Assembly (NCBI GenBank): GCA_977017645.1
Contig: OZ360226.1
Span: 41,168,001 to 41,232,000, forward strand
DNA length: 64,000 nucleotides
Origin: Torpedo marmorata
Taxonomy: Eukaryota
Reading direction: 5' to 3'
Shown: one piece after another, positions 1-10,898 of the stretch
How positions within the stretch are numbered: the stretch's first letter is position 1
How the letters are laid out: each line of letters opens with the position of its first letter
Position numbers and translations under genes: made by a program
Notes under the pieces: model-generated
Seen by the model: the letters and a program-made list of their open reading frames with translations, nothing else
Told to the model about the DNA's origin: nothing
Databases searched by the model: none

Positions 1-12
1 TTAAAAGTTAAA

Positions 13-262
13 TTCAATGTGGTCATGACATTCAGCATCAAATTTTACCCCAACTGAACCTCTTTGGACATTTCTAGAGTGCTCTTAGCTGGTCAAAAAA
101 CACTTTTGAACTTCATTAAAATTGCTATATCAATTTCCTGAGGCTGTACAGTCATTTTCACCATTTGTCCTCCTGCCACTTCAGATGACCTTAAAGGTTC
201 AATGTGGTCATGACATTCAGAATCAAATTTTACCCATACTAAACCTCTGGACATCCACTAGA
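13..262. repeat. Diverged direct duplication of about 65 bp, period 185 bp
   Basis: ttcaatgtggtcatgacattcag(c/a)atcaaattttaccc..act(g/a)aacctct..ggacat occurs at 13-78 and again at 198-262. Confidence 0.8.
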
Positions 263-539
263 ATATGCTGGAAATTCAACAAGTGAACTCAAGGTGCAAA
301 CACTTGAAACACTTGCTTCAGACTCTAATTTTGTTATTTTTACACAGATGCTCATCCATTTATATTTATAATAAAGTTTCCAGGGCAGAGAATGATCTGA
401 ACCAGGTTGACACAGCTTCTTTTCATCCAGTCTAACCAGGACAACAAATGGTTACCGAGAAACAAGATATTAAGTGGCAAATCTCAATCTATGGGATTGC
501 CGACTTTAAGTTGCTTTTGGCTGATAAGTACCACATGAA

Positions 540-1993
540 GTCAAACACGAAAATCTGTAGACACCGTGGTTGAAGTAAAAAACACAAATGCTGGAGAAAC
601 TCAGCAGGTCAAACAGTGTATTTTATGTAGCAAAGGTAGAAATACATAACCGACGATTCGGGCTTGAGCCCTTATGTAGCAAAGGCAGGAGATGATAGGT
701 GGAGATAAGGAGGGGACAGCAGCAAAGAGGGGGAGGAGGGATGGCTGGGTGTGTGGAAAAAACAGGAAGGACAGGTGAGGGGGGAGGGGGGAAGGAAAAG
801 ACAAGCAGGTTTAGTGGAAAGCAGAAAAGTCAATGTTAATGCCATCTGGCTGGAGAGTGCCCAGACAGAAAATGAGACGTTGTTCCTCCAATTTGCGGGT
901 AGTCAGGGTGGGATAGTACATAAGGCCATGGACAGACATGTGAGTGTGGGAGTGTGACTCGGAATTGAAATGGTTGGCTACTGGGAGGTCGCTGTTGTTG
1001 CGGTCGTAGAGGAGGTGCTCAGCAAAACAATCTCCAAATCTATGACCGGTCTCTCCGATGTAGAGAAAGCCACAAAGGGAGCACCGGATGCAGTAAATAA
1101 GTTCTCTGGATGTACAAGTGAAGTGTAGTTTCACTTGAAAGGCCTGTTTGGGGCCCCGGACCGTGGTGAGGGGGGAGGTGTAGGCGCAGGGGTTGCACCT
1201 CCTGCGGGCACAGGGGAAGGTGCCGGGGGTGCGATGGTTGGGGAGGGATGAGTGCACGAGGGAATCGTGGAGGGAGCGGTCCCTACAGAAGGCCGAAAGG
1301 GGAGGAGAAGGAAAAATGTGTCTGGTGGTGGGATCCTGTAGTAAGTGCCGGAAAGTCCGGCGGATAATGTGTTGGATGCGGAGGCTGGTGGGGTGGTAGG
1401 TGAGGATGAGGGGGATTCTATGTTTGTTGCGTCTGGGGGCAGAGGGGGCCAAGGCAGATGAGCGGGAAATGGAGGAGATGCGGGTGAGGGCTGAGTTGAT
1501 GGTGGTGGTGGGGAAGCCACGTTTGTGGAAAAAGGCAGACATTTCAGAAGATCTGGAGTGGAACACCTCATCTTGGGAACAGATGCGGCGGAGACGGAGA
1601 AATTGAGAGAAGGGGATGGAATCCTTGCAGGGGACAGGGTGTGAGGATGTGTAGTCAAGATAGTTGTGGGAGTTGGAGGGTTTGTAGTAAATGTCGGTGG
1701 AAAGCTTGTCTCCTGAGATGGAGACAGAGAGATCCAGGAAGGGGAGAGTGTTATCGGAGATGGACCAGGTGAGTTTGAGATCGTGGTGGAAGTTGGATGT
1801 GAAGTGGATGAAGTTGACAAGCTCATCGCGGGTGCATGAGGCAGCCCCGATGTAGTCATCGATATAACGGAGGAAGAGATGAGGGGTCTTGCCTGTGTAG
1901 GCTTGCAGCATGGATTGCTCCACAAAGCCCACAAACAGGCAGGCGTAGCTGGGACCCATGCGCGTACCCATGGCTACTCCTTTGATTTTGAGG
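540..1993 (-). mobile_element. Penelope-like retroelement (Neptune type), 5'-truncated, with 14-bp TSD
   Basis: Carries an RT + GIY-YIG ORF, a CT-rich 3' UTR and a terminal segment shared with the copies at 26936 and 42723. Direct repeat aagtaccacatgaa at 526-539 and 1994-2007. Confidence 0.93.
811..1993 (-). CDS. Penelope-like RT C-terminal half + Cys-rich linker + GIY-YIG endonuclease (5'-truncated ORF)
   Basis: GVAMGTRMGPSYA, RYIDD and LPFLD RT motifs; CARRRCNPC..HFTC linker; LIYCIRC..C..LYIGET GIY-YIG motif; C-terminus PDGIN. The first residues of the ORF call (MFMWY) are read from the flanking TSD. Confidence 0.9.
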
Positions 1994-2808
1994 AAGTACC
2001 ACATGAACACTGATCAAACCAACTGAGCCAAACATCCTGTCTTGGCTGTAAGATTCACAGATCCATCATTCACAAGAGACATTGGAATTATTGCATATAG
2101 CTCAGTATTTGCTGGACAAAATAAAACATCTTGGAAGTGGATTATGTTTCCAGTACACTAGAAAGGCAGGTGGCTTGTAAAACTTCTTTGATGGTTTGGT
2201 AAATGAGGCCACATTATGGCCTGGTGTTCAAGCAGAGAATCATCTCATTTTCAGTTCAGTTTCTTCTATCTGCAGTTACTCTACTCGCCAGAAGTAAAGC
2301 TACTGGTTTCTTAATTGGACGAGTCCCCTTAGTTAGGATGTGAGGAAGATAATCATGAATTCTTGTTTCTGATCCCAATTCAGCAACCATTGCAATGTCT
2401 GGGGTTTTGACTGAAAAGGGTCTCAGACTTGAAATTGATTTCCTGACTTTTACACGTGATATCGTGATGTTGCATTCCACATCTGAAACTTTCAATTCAA
2501 TTCGAAGCCAATGGAACCACAGTGCACTGCTGGTGCAGCGAAGCACTACACATAGGTAAAGTTCTTCCAGGAAATTCCTTCACTGTCATACATAGTGCTA
2601 ACACTATTATGATATGCATCAGTACTTAGAAGAATGACCAGATTGGTTGATTACCAACCACACTGGAATATTCAGCAACAGTCAGCAGAGTAGGAAACAC
2701 AAGTACGTGCTGAACAAGTCCCATGTTATATGCCCATTCCACCTGAAACTTTGTACCATGCCTTGACTGTCAGATCTGCCTATTTAGATTATTGGCTAAT
2801 ATTTGATG

Positions 2809-2993
2809 CAGTGGCGTAGCTAGGGGTCGCTTCCCCTGAGCACATTTTTCAAAAGTGGCGCCTTTCCCCCACCCCCCCCCCCACTCCCCCGGTCCGCCGC
2901 CAACCCCCGCTCCGACGACGCAGCCTGTGTATGGTCGTGGCGCCTTTTTTATGTGCTCGCTCCCCCTAACTTTAGAACCTGGCTACGCCCCTG
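2809..2993. mobile_element. hAT-superfamily MITE (185 bp)
   Basis: Terminal inverted repeats (TIRs) cagtggcgtagctagg / cctggctacgcccctg; perfect 8-bp TSD atttgatg at 2801-2808 and 2994-3001. Confidence 0.92.
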
Positions 2994-3188
2994 ATTTGAT
3001 GGACTTCTAATTTCCCTTAATTCAGCTTGGTGGATGTGAGGTTTCTCTTTATTTATCAAGTTGTTGCTTGTGAAATTGCTGAGAAATATTTTTACTTTGT
3101 GTAATCAGTATAAACTTTAGCCTGAAGCTGGAAATGCATCTCAATAATATGATCAGTGGTCCAGAGGCTTCCCTCATCCGAGCCTAAG

Positions 3189-3267
3189 TGTTTCATTCTT
3201 TTAAAATCACATGCTTGCTCAGCATGGACAAACAATCATGAGCATGTGAATTTAAAAGAATGAAGCA
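3189..3267. repeat. 79-nt inverted repeat (27-bp arms, 25-nt loop)
   Basis: tgtttcattcttttaaaatcacatgct versus agcatgtgaatttaaaagaatgaagca: 25/27 Watson-Crick pairs plus one G-U on the + strand. Confidence 0.85.
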
Positions 3268-4087
3268 GTGTACCAACAGTGCATTGAAATCAGGTCTTCT
3301 GCAGTCCATAGCATGTGATCAAGGCTTATGTGAACAAAATCTGGTTTACAATGAAATATCAGATCTTAATAGCAACCTGTGGGAATGTGGAAGTTTATTT
3401 CATTATTTTGAATGATAGAACACAGTTTTGGAATGCACCAATCTTAACAAGAAAACAGGGAGCTAAATGCTTCAATGAAAAGTGACAATCATTTGTTTGG
3501 ACCATTACACTTGATGGGAGAGAGGGAGAAGTTTACGGTTTAATGGGTTGATTTATTGGTAATTTTGGAAAGGACTTTCCCCGCTGCTGTTTCAAGCAAG
3601 TTTCTGAATACATTTTGCAGTAAATCAATAATGTGTTAGACACTGTCAGAGGAAATGGAAAATGGAGATCCTGCTGTTTCTGAATGTTTACTGGATTTGC
3701 AGAAGAAAGGAATATATTTTCATCAGTTCACTGCCATTGAGATTCACCAGGGATAAGAGGTGATCTCTGCATCTTGATAACTCTTCTTTAGGGAATAAAA
3801 GAAAGCACTTACCCACCAACCTATTAAATATGTCATCAATCATATCAGAATAATGGTGTTTTTTCAAGTTACTGTGCTGTTAAAGAACAAGACAATATGT
3901 ATGATTCCTGAGATCTGGGTGTTACAAGATTACACGGGACATTGAATTTAAACATTGTGAGAATAGATGGCAATTAGCTTTTCTATCTGTGAACTGGAGG
4001 CATGACCTTTAGTAAGCAAGTACTTGGTGTGAATGAATAGTATTAATTGAATGTAAGTTGGCTAGTCCACATGAACTAGATAAGGTT

Positions 4088-4258
4088 TTATTTTATTTAC
4101 AGCACGATAGAAGCCTATTCTGGCTATTTAAACCCATGCCGCCCAATTGCACCCAAATTAACCTACAACCCCATATGTTTTGGAGGGTGGGAGGAAACTG
4201 GAGCACCTGGGAAAAACTCATGCAAACACGAGGAGAATGTACAAACTCCTTACAAACT
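4088..4258 (-). mobile_element. tRNA-derived SINE, 5'-truncated
   Basis: Reverse complement matches the body of the SINE at 44095 (gtaaggagtttgtacattctcc...ggtttctcc...ttaatttgggtg). Confidence 0.8.
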
Positions 4259-4259
4259 A

Positions 4260-4760
4260 TACAATTGTCCCCATTGCTTCTACTTCCTCTGGCAGATTGT
4301 TCCATATACCCATCACCCTCTGTGTGAAGAAGATACCCCTCAGGTCCCTTTTAAATCTAACCCACTCACCTTAAATCTATGTTTCTAGTTTTGGATTCCA
4401 CAACACTGGGAATATGACTGTGACCATCTGCCTTATCTATGCCCCTCATGATTTAATAAGCCTCTACAAACAAGATTATTTCCCAGCCTCCTATGTTCTA
4501 GGGAGAAAAATTACGGTATATTCAGCCTCTCCTTATAATTCAGGCCTACCAACTCCGATAACATTCTCATGAATCTTTGCTGCATCTTTTCCAACTTAAT
4601 AATGTCTTTCCTATCACTGGGTGGCCAGAACTGTACACAATACACCAAGTGTGGTCTCACCAACATCTTGTACAGTTGCAGCATGATGTTTCTGCTCCTG
4701 TAATTAATGCCCCGACCAATGAAGGCAAGATCCCAAATGCCTGCTTCACCAGTCCTGCAC
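4260..4760 (-). mobile_element. CR1-type LINE 3' fragment
   Basis: Translation LQLYKMLVRPHLVYCVQFWPP...LEKMQQRFMRML is typical of the CR1 ORF2 C-terminus. Confidence 0.85.
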
Positions 4761-6229
4761 AAACAGTAATATTTCAAGCTCCTTCCGAATAATATAAAAT
4801 ATCAAATCTCTGGTGGAAAGGTTATGGAGAATTAAAACACCCTGTTACAGTAGAGGGAGTGTTATCAGTAAAGCATTACTGTCAAACTATGACAGAAGTG
4901 AACATCTCTCTCAATAAATCAGAGAGCTACATGTGAAACGTTAAATATATCATTCACAACTACCCTGTGGTGTTAAACTAAGTGATATATTATGCTCCTG
5001 GAATTCTGTTGGCATCCAGCTGGAATCACGGCAGATGGTGATAGATTCTTTAGAAATGCCATGAACAGGTTAACTCCCTTTATCCTGTTTCTCTGCACAT
5101 TCACCAAGTTAAAGATATAGTGGGAGATCATGGCAATGCCTGGAATTGATGTGTGATATGTAAATGAGTCAAAATCAGTTTTGTTTTATGATAACCTTGT
5201 TACACCATTGTTTTGGAATCAGACTTCCCAACTAAATACATTATTCTATTAAACTTGTAAATGTGTGCAGGATCAACATTTCTTCACTTGCTTATATCAT
5301 TTGTTTTAATCAATTCCTATTGATGGAACTTTCAGTACGCAACACTAGCATTTTTCCAAGCAACGATTCCTAGCTCCAAAAGGTACTAGAATGGGAGCAG
5401 TCCTGGGATTATGGTGTATGTCCAAAACCTTATGGTACACCAAGTAATATCTCTCAAGTTATGGTAGCACCAAGGATGATCCTGGGATTGTGGTACATAA
5501 GAAGATGGTCCTGGGATGTAGCAAGAATGGGAAGTGGACTGGAAAATTCTTTGAGTTATCCATTGCTAGTGATCAACCATTCAGACAGAACAAGTAAAGT
5601 CTCCACTGTGGAAAACTTGTTTATTTCAAATCCGAAGCTGTCTGAAACATAATGAAACATCTGATGAGGGTATTGGTTGGAAACAAATGTTTTAATGTAT
5701 ACTTTGGTGAATGTAAAGTTGATCAGGCAACCAGCTTCACTCCAAACCACAGTTTAATACCAAGATGTTGTCAACAAGATCAAGATAATCTTCACCATTT
5801 TAGAAACAGTAAAATACCATAGATGCTGGAAATTCAAAGGAAAAATATTTTCGAAATATTCAGCTGGACAGACAATAATCTCAACTCAGAAATAAACTGA
5901 ATGTTCAAAATTGCTAGCCTTTCATCAGAATTGCTGAACACAAATTTGCTTCTTCACATTATATCATTGATTAAATTACAAATATTACACCACTGGATGT
6001 AAAGAATTATAGATTTAATGACATTCTGAAAGATGCTGCAGAAATACAAGTCTTTCTTTCACTCCCTGATGAAAATGACAGCAGCTGAAGCAGAATCCCA
6101 CATCTGCAGTTGGCTTTCCAAGTGGACTCTTGACAGTGGTCAAAGTGGACAGGCAAACAATTAGACCACAGTGTATTGTAACCGTCTGAACCTGCTTTAG
6201 CTTGCATAGCTCCAGAAGCACTATGCGTA

Positions 6230-7250
6230 ATTTACAAATATATAGAACATTTGTGGTATCTGATGGAGTTGAGGAGAATGAGGGATGGATCCTTGAGAGG
6301 AGAGGGTGGATATGGAGATGATAGTTCCTCTTGGGGGCAATCTAGAATTAGGACCACCAGTCAAGAAAGCACACCAACATCAGAAACCTAAGGAAATTAG
6401 GCATGTTTTCAATATCTCCTACTAATTTTTCTGGTTACATCATGGAAAATATCCTGTCTGAATGCATCACAATTTGGCATGGGAGATGCACTGCCTAAGA
6501 TTGCAAAACACTGCTGAGAGTTGCGAACAAAGCTCAGGCCATCATGCAAAGCAACCTCTCCTCCATCAACTCCATCTATACTTCTCACTGCCTCGGGAAA
6601 GCTGGCAATATATTAAAGGACCCGTCCCACCCTGGTGACACTTCTTCCCCCTTCCATTGGACGAGTTTGAAATCACGCTCCACCAGATACAAGGACAGTT
6701 TCTTTCCTGCTGATATCAGATTCTTGAATGGACCTCTCATTCGCAAAAGATGATCTCATGATCTTACGGCCTAATCTCTTTGTGGTCATAGCACTTTTTG
6801 GACTGAACTTTATCTCTATAGCACTATACTCTGCACTTTGGTTTTATTTTTGTCTCCCTGTTGTACTTAAAGATGGTTGACTTGTCTGAATTGCACGCAA
6901 AACAAAGTTTTTCATTGTAACTCAGCACTAGAAACAATAAGTAAACAAGTCACAATTCATTGTTTTAAAATAAGGGGGTGGGGTGGTAGTCGCACATTTA
7001 AGACAGAGACGAGGCACATGGGTTGTGTCTCAAAGGATTATGAGTCTTTGGCACTCGCTTTCTCAAAGGGCAATAGAAGCAGAGTGTTTGAATACATTTA
7101 AGGTAGAAGTAGATAGATTGTTGATAAGAAGAGGTAGTAACTGATTGCCACTGGTAGAAATGAATGCAGATTTCAGGTTAGAATCAGAACATCAATGATC
7201 TTATTGAACGGTAGACACAGCTTGTGAGCCTCCTGCTGCTCTTAATTCTG
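6230..7250 (+). mobile_element. Old CR1 3' fragment interrupted by an old Rex1-like LINE 3' fragment (about 6400-6940)
   Basis: ORF 6544-6753 contains ILKDPSHPG and RYKDSFFP (Rex1 C-terminus); the flanks resemble CR1 3' ends. Confidence 0.65.
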
Positions 7251-7469
7251 AAGTTCCTTAATTTGAATGGCTTTCCTAATTGTTTGCAAGAGCTTTCATG
7301 GCTCTTCCACCAGAGTTGTGACATCTGTGGGGGCTACCTTTAGCAGATATTCATCCTACTAAATAGAAAGCATATGAATTTTCAGATGACTACAGAATTG
7401 TAGTTCTATTTTAATTCAACTTACAACTGTGCAGAATGCAGATGTGACCACAACTTGAATACAGTATAC

Positions 7470-7930
7470 AACTTGGTCCCTTTCTAGAAACCAGGATATA
7501 TTGCCTTGCAAATGGTACAGCAAAAGGTATCCAGTTGGTTTCTGGAGATCAATGGGTTGACTTTTGAGGAAAGATTGAGTAGATTGGGTCCACGTTCTCT
7601 GTAATTGAGAGAATGAGATGCAAGATTCTGATGATTTTTGCCATCATGGATGCTGTGAAGATGATTTCCCTGGTTGGAGATCCAGAACTAAGGGGCAAAG
7701 TCACAGGGTCAGGGAATGGCTATTTAAGCTGATCAGGAGAAATTTCATCTCTCAGAGGCTTGTGAATCTTTGGAATCATTGAATATGTTCAGAGCCAAGG
7801 TAGGCAGATTTTGTATGTCAGGGGAATCGAGTTTTAAGGGGGAAATGTTGTGACCAGTGATCAAATTAACAATGATCCCACTGAAGAGGGAGCAGGTTTG
7901 AGGTGTCCCACGGTCTTCTCCCATCTATTT
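7470..7930 (+). mobile_element. Decayed CR1 LINE 3' fragment
   Basis: Similarity to the other CR1 copies in the window (gtgaatctttggaat, aggagaaatttc..ctcagagg). Confidence 0.6.
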
Positions 7931-8757
7931 TCTGTGTACTTGAGTAAGGAATGTGAGCTTGCATTTGTTTTTCTACATTAGTTTAAAGACATGATGTTTG
8001 AAAATCAGACATTTCCCAAGCTGGTTAAGCACAAATCAATAAGTTATTTGTGTTGCAATGCTTGAATGAGTTCCATTTTGGCTATGTTGGCTGCTCAGAA
8101 AAGAGAAGCAGAGAGTCACTCAGCAAAAGGAGCCTCTCTAATGAGAACCCAGTGCACATTCGCAATGGGGATCTGACCAGATACAGGCTGGTTGCTTAAT
8201 ACATACATTTTTGTTTTCTGAATCTCTTCCTTTAAAAGCGATCACATTGCTGAGAAATAGTGAAGCAGCCGTTAGTGAAAATTTAAAACACGATGCTGGA
8301 GCTATTTTCTAACAAGGAGATACATTGTCCCTTTCATTAATGGCTGACTGTCTCGACACTAATGAATAACTCTCATTGTGGAAGCCTTCACAAAATTGCA
8401 AAGCCTTGCTGGATGTTTACAGAATAAAGTGGACACAGGATTCCACCAGGCAAACTTTATCCCCCATTTTATGGCTCTTCTGCCACTCACATGCAGAAAA
8501 CTATCTTCAGTGGAGATTGATCTTCCTGTCACAAGTAATGCTTGCACTTTAACTTTTCAGTCAAAACCTCCAGCCTTGTTCTAAACTGATGCCAAGGATA
8601 TAGTGAAGCCGAGATTAGGTAAACAGATGGCAATGTGAGGGAATCATGGCATTCAATGCTAATGTTTTGCAAACAAAAAGTTTCCATACTATTTCACAAT
8701 CAGATTATGTCCCAGAATATGATGTGTGTCTCGTTTCTTAGTTAAGAAGAACCATAT

Positions 8758-9395
8758 TGTTGTGTATTCGAGGTTTAGAAATACACTAGCACACGGATTT
8801 GTGATGCTTCATTCATTCTTTATTGTAGTTCTAAAATGGTTCCCCCGCAGCGTGATGACATCATACGCACGCAGGCGTACATTCACAACACTCTTCTCCC
8901 TACAAAATAAATGCTTCGTGAAAATAACATATAGGCAGCATTTATACTAAACTATGATAAATCTGTGGTGCACATGAACTAATGGTAAGAATCATAATTA
9001 CACTACAATGTAAGTATGACATGTTAAGCTGCCAAGTCACTGCATATAGTCCCTTAGGTGTTCTGGAGGATGTCTTTCCCTTTTGCATTTTCTTGGCGAG
9101 GTAGAATACACCGGGATACATTGCAACTTCTCTGGACTCTTTGCCTTGTGGGGTAGTACCTTCTCCTCGGTTGGTGGTAAGGACTGTGAACTTAGTCTTT
9201 GGCGAGCCCCATTCGGACGTTGCAAAGGACTGCGCTGCTGAGCAGGACGTAGTGTAGGACTGCTCTGTTGTGCTGTCGACATCAAGCGGGCATCATTTCC
9301 CGAAAATATTTCTGGAACGTCGTCAGTGGCAGGAGCCCAAAATGGAATCTCGTCTGGAATCTCGTCGGGATCGTGAGCAGTACGTGTGGCCATAG
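8758..9395 (-). mobile_element. 3' end of a Gypsy-like LTR retrotransposon: pol C-terminus, polypurine tract (PPT) and 133-bp 3' LTR (8758-8890)
   Basis: LTR termini tgttgtg...cacaaca; AATAAA on the minus strand; PPT agggagaagag (8891-8901) abuts the LTR; ORF 9037-9393 ends in KRERHPPEHLRDY, like the RxxRxRxPPxxLxDY tail of Gypsy pol. Confidence 0.8.
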
Positions 9396-9399
9396 GACA

Positions 9400-10632
9400 A
9401 TGCCAAAATGGCGCCTTACAGCGGCGACTCTGTGAGCAGCTCTGATGGGAATAATCAAATATTCCCGTTCAGAACTTCTAAAAATCAAACAAAAAAGGAG
9501 AAACATAAAATCAAACTTACCCGACAACATGGATGTACTAAGATCGCTGGCAGACCTTGGAATCGGCAGAATCGGCAGTCTCCGTCCGGCCGCGGTACCT
9601 TTAAACAGCTCACGCAAGTACAACAAAAACACCGCGGGAGTTTTAAACAGCCAGAGAATGGGCCATTTAAACTTCGCGGGAGTCGAAGACAGCAGGCACT
9701 CAGCACACTTAAATATTGCGGAGGATTTAAAGGGACAGCGCAAGGACATTTTAAAAACCGCGGGAACTACCAGCAGCGGACCCATGGGCCAGGTAAAGAA
9801 GACCCGACAATGTGGACGCAGAGGGGGGCTACAGGTCAAGCTGAGACGCTGGGACCTGAAGCTTCCACTCCCTACCATCCTCCTGGCCAACATACAATCC
9901 TTGGAGAACAAACTTGATGAATTCCAAGCCAGACTTCAACATCAGGGAGTGCTGTGTGATGTGCTTTACAGAAACATGGCTAAATGCGAACATTCCGGAC
10001 ACAGCGCTGCAGCCCAAGGGCTACACCGTCCATCGCGCTGACTGAACACCGGCTTCTGGAAAAACCAGGGGAGGCGGCGTTTGTGTCATCATCAATTCAT
10101 CATGGTCCACAGACGTGACGGTCACGTCCCAGTCCTGCTCCCCCAACCTGGAACATCTGGCGATCAAGTGTCGCCCATTCTACCTGCCGAGGGAGTTCAC
10201 CGTCATCATCTTGGTCGCAGTGTACATTCCGCCCCAGGCTAACGTCGGGCTGGCACTGGAGGTGTACAAGCAGAGACTAAAGACAACAGCACCAGTGGTG
10301 AGGACGGTGAAAGTATGGTCGAGGGAGGCGAAGGAGCTTCAGCAGTACTGCTTTGAATCAGTGGACTGGAACATATTCAAGCACTCATCCATAGACCTGA
10401 ATGAATATGCAACAGGTGTCACCGACTTCATCAAGACCTGCGTGGATGAGTGTGTGCCCACGCGCAAATACCGGGGTGTTCCCCAACCAGAAGCCCTGGA
10501 TGAATCAGAGAATTCGCAACCTGCTGAGGGCAAGAACAAGGGCGTTTAAGGCCGGGGACCGGGATCTTTACAAGAAGTTCAGGCACGACCTGCGGAAGGC
10601 CATCTCTGAAGCAAAGTGGCAATTCCAGAGAA
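9400..10632 (+). mobile_element. Rex1/Babar-like LINE 5' part (APE endonuclease region), frameshifted and internally deleted
   Basis: KYSRSELL, LPTILLANIQSLENKLDE, (F)TETWL, CRPFYLPREFT..VAVYIPP and FPNQKPW motifs are spread across frames. Confidence 0.88.
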
Positions 10633-10898
10633 GGGTGAGTGAAACGTTCATAATTTTCATTGACTGTTTTCACTGAGATCAATATAGTTTTTACAGAGAT
10701 CAATACAGATGTTATTAAACATTTATAAAGATATTATTTATGGACATTTCAACATTTAAGAAGATGGTTTCAAGTTTATGTGTTGAAATAAAGAATTTAA
10801 ATACATCTGGACTTGTATTGAAAATAATTGAAACGCGTCACAAATAGAATGTTTCACTTAGCCTTCAAGTGACTATTTATTGGATTGAAGTCACTACA
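10630..10898 (+). mobile_element. 3' half of an LTR of the same family as the solo LTR at 31212-31806
   Basis: Matches the reverse complement of 31212-31540 (ttgaaacgcgtca...caagtgactat..ttggatt.aagtcacta) and ends in ..TACA. Confidence 0.75.

Noticed and set aside
1131-1934. 267-aa Pro/Ser/Thr-rich ORF
   Set aside because: Alternative frame of the C-rich Penelope ORF strand; compositional artefact.
2256-2546. 96-aa minus-strand ORF as a possible tyrosine-recombinase relic
   Set aside because: Only a vague LLLAS.R resemblance; no catalytic motif set.
5385-5535. Degenerate ~30-bp tandem (tcctgggat / ttatggta..ccaag)
   Set aside because: Too decayed to define a unit; no evidence of function.
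9282-9917. Overlapping 169-209-aa ORFs on both strands
   Set aside because: Shadow frames of the GC-rich LINE 5' region; no independent homology recognised.
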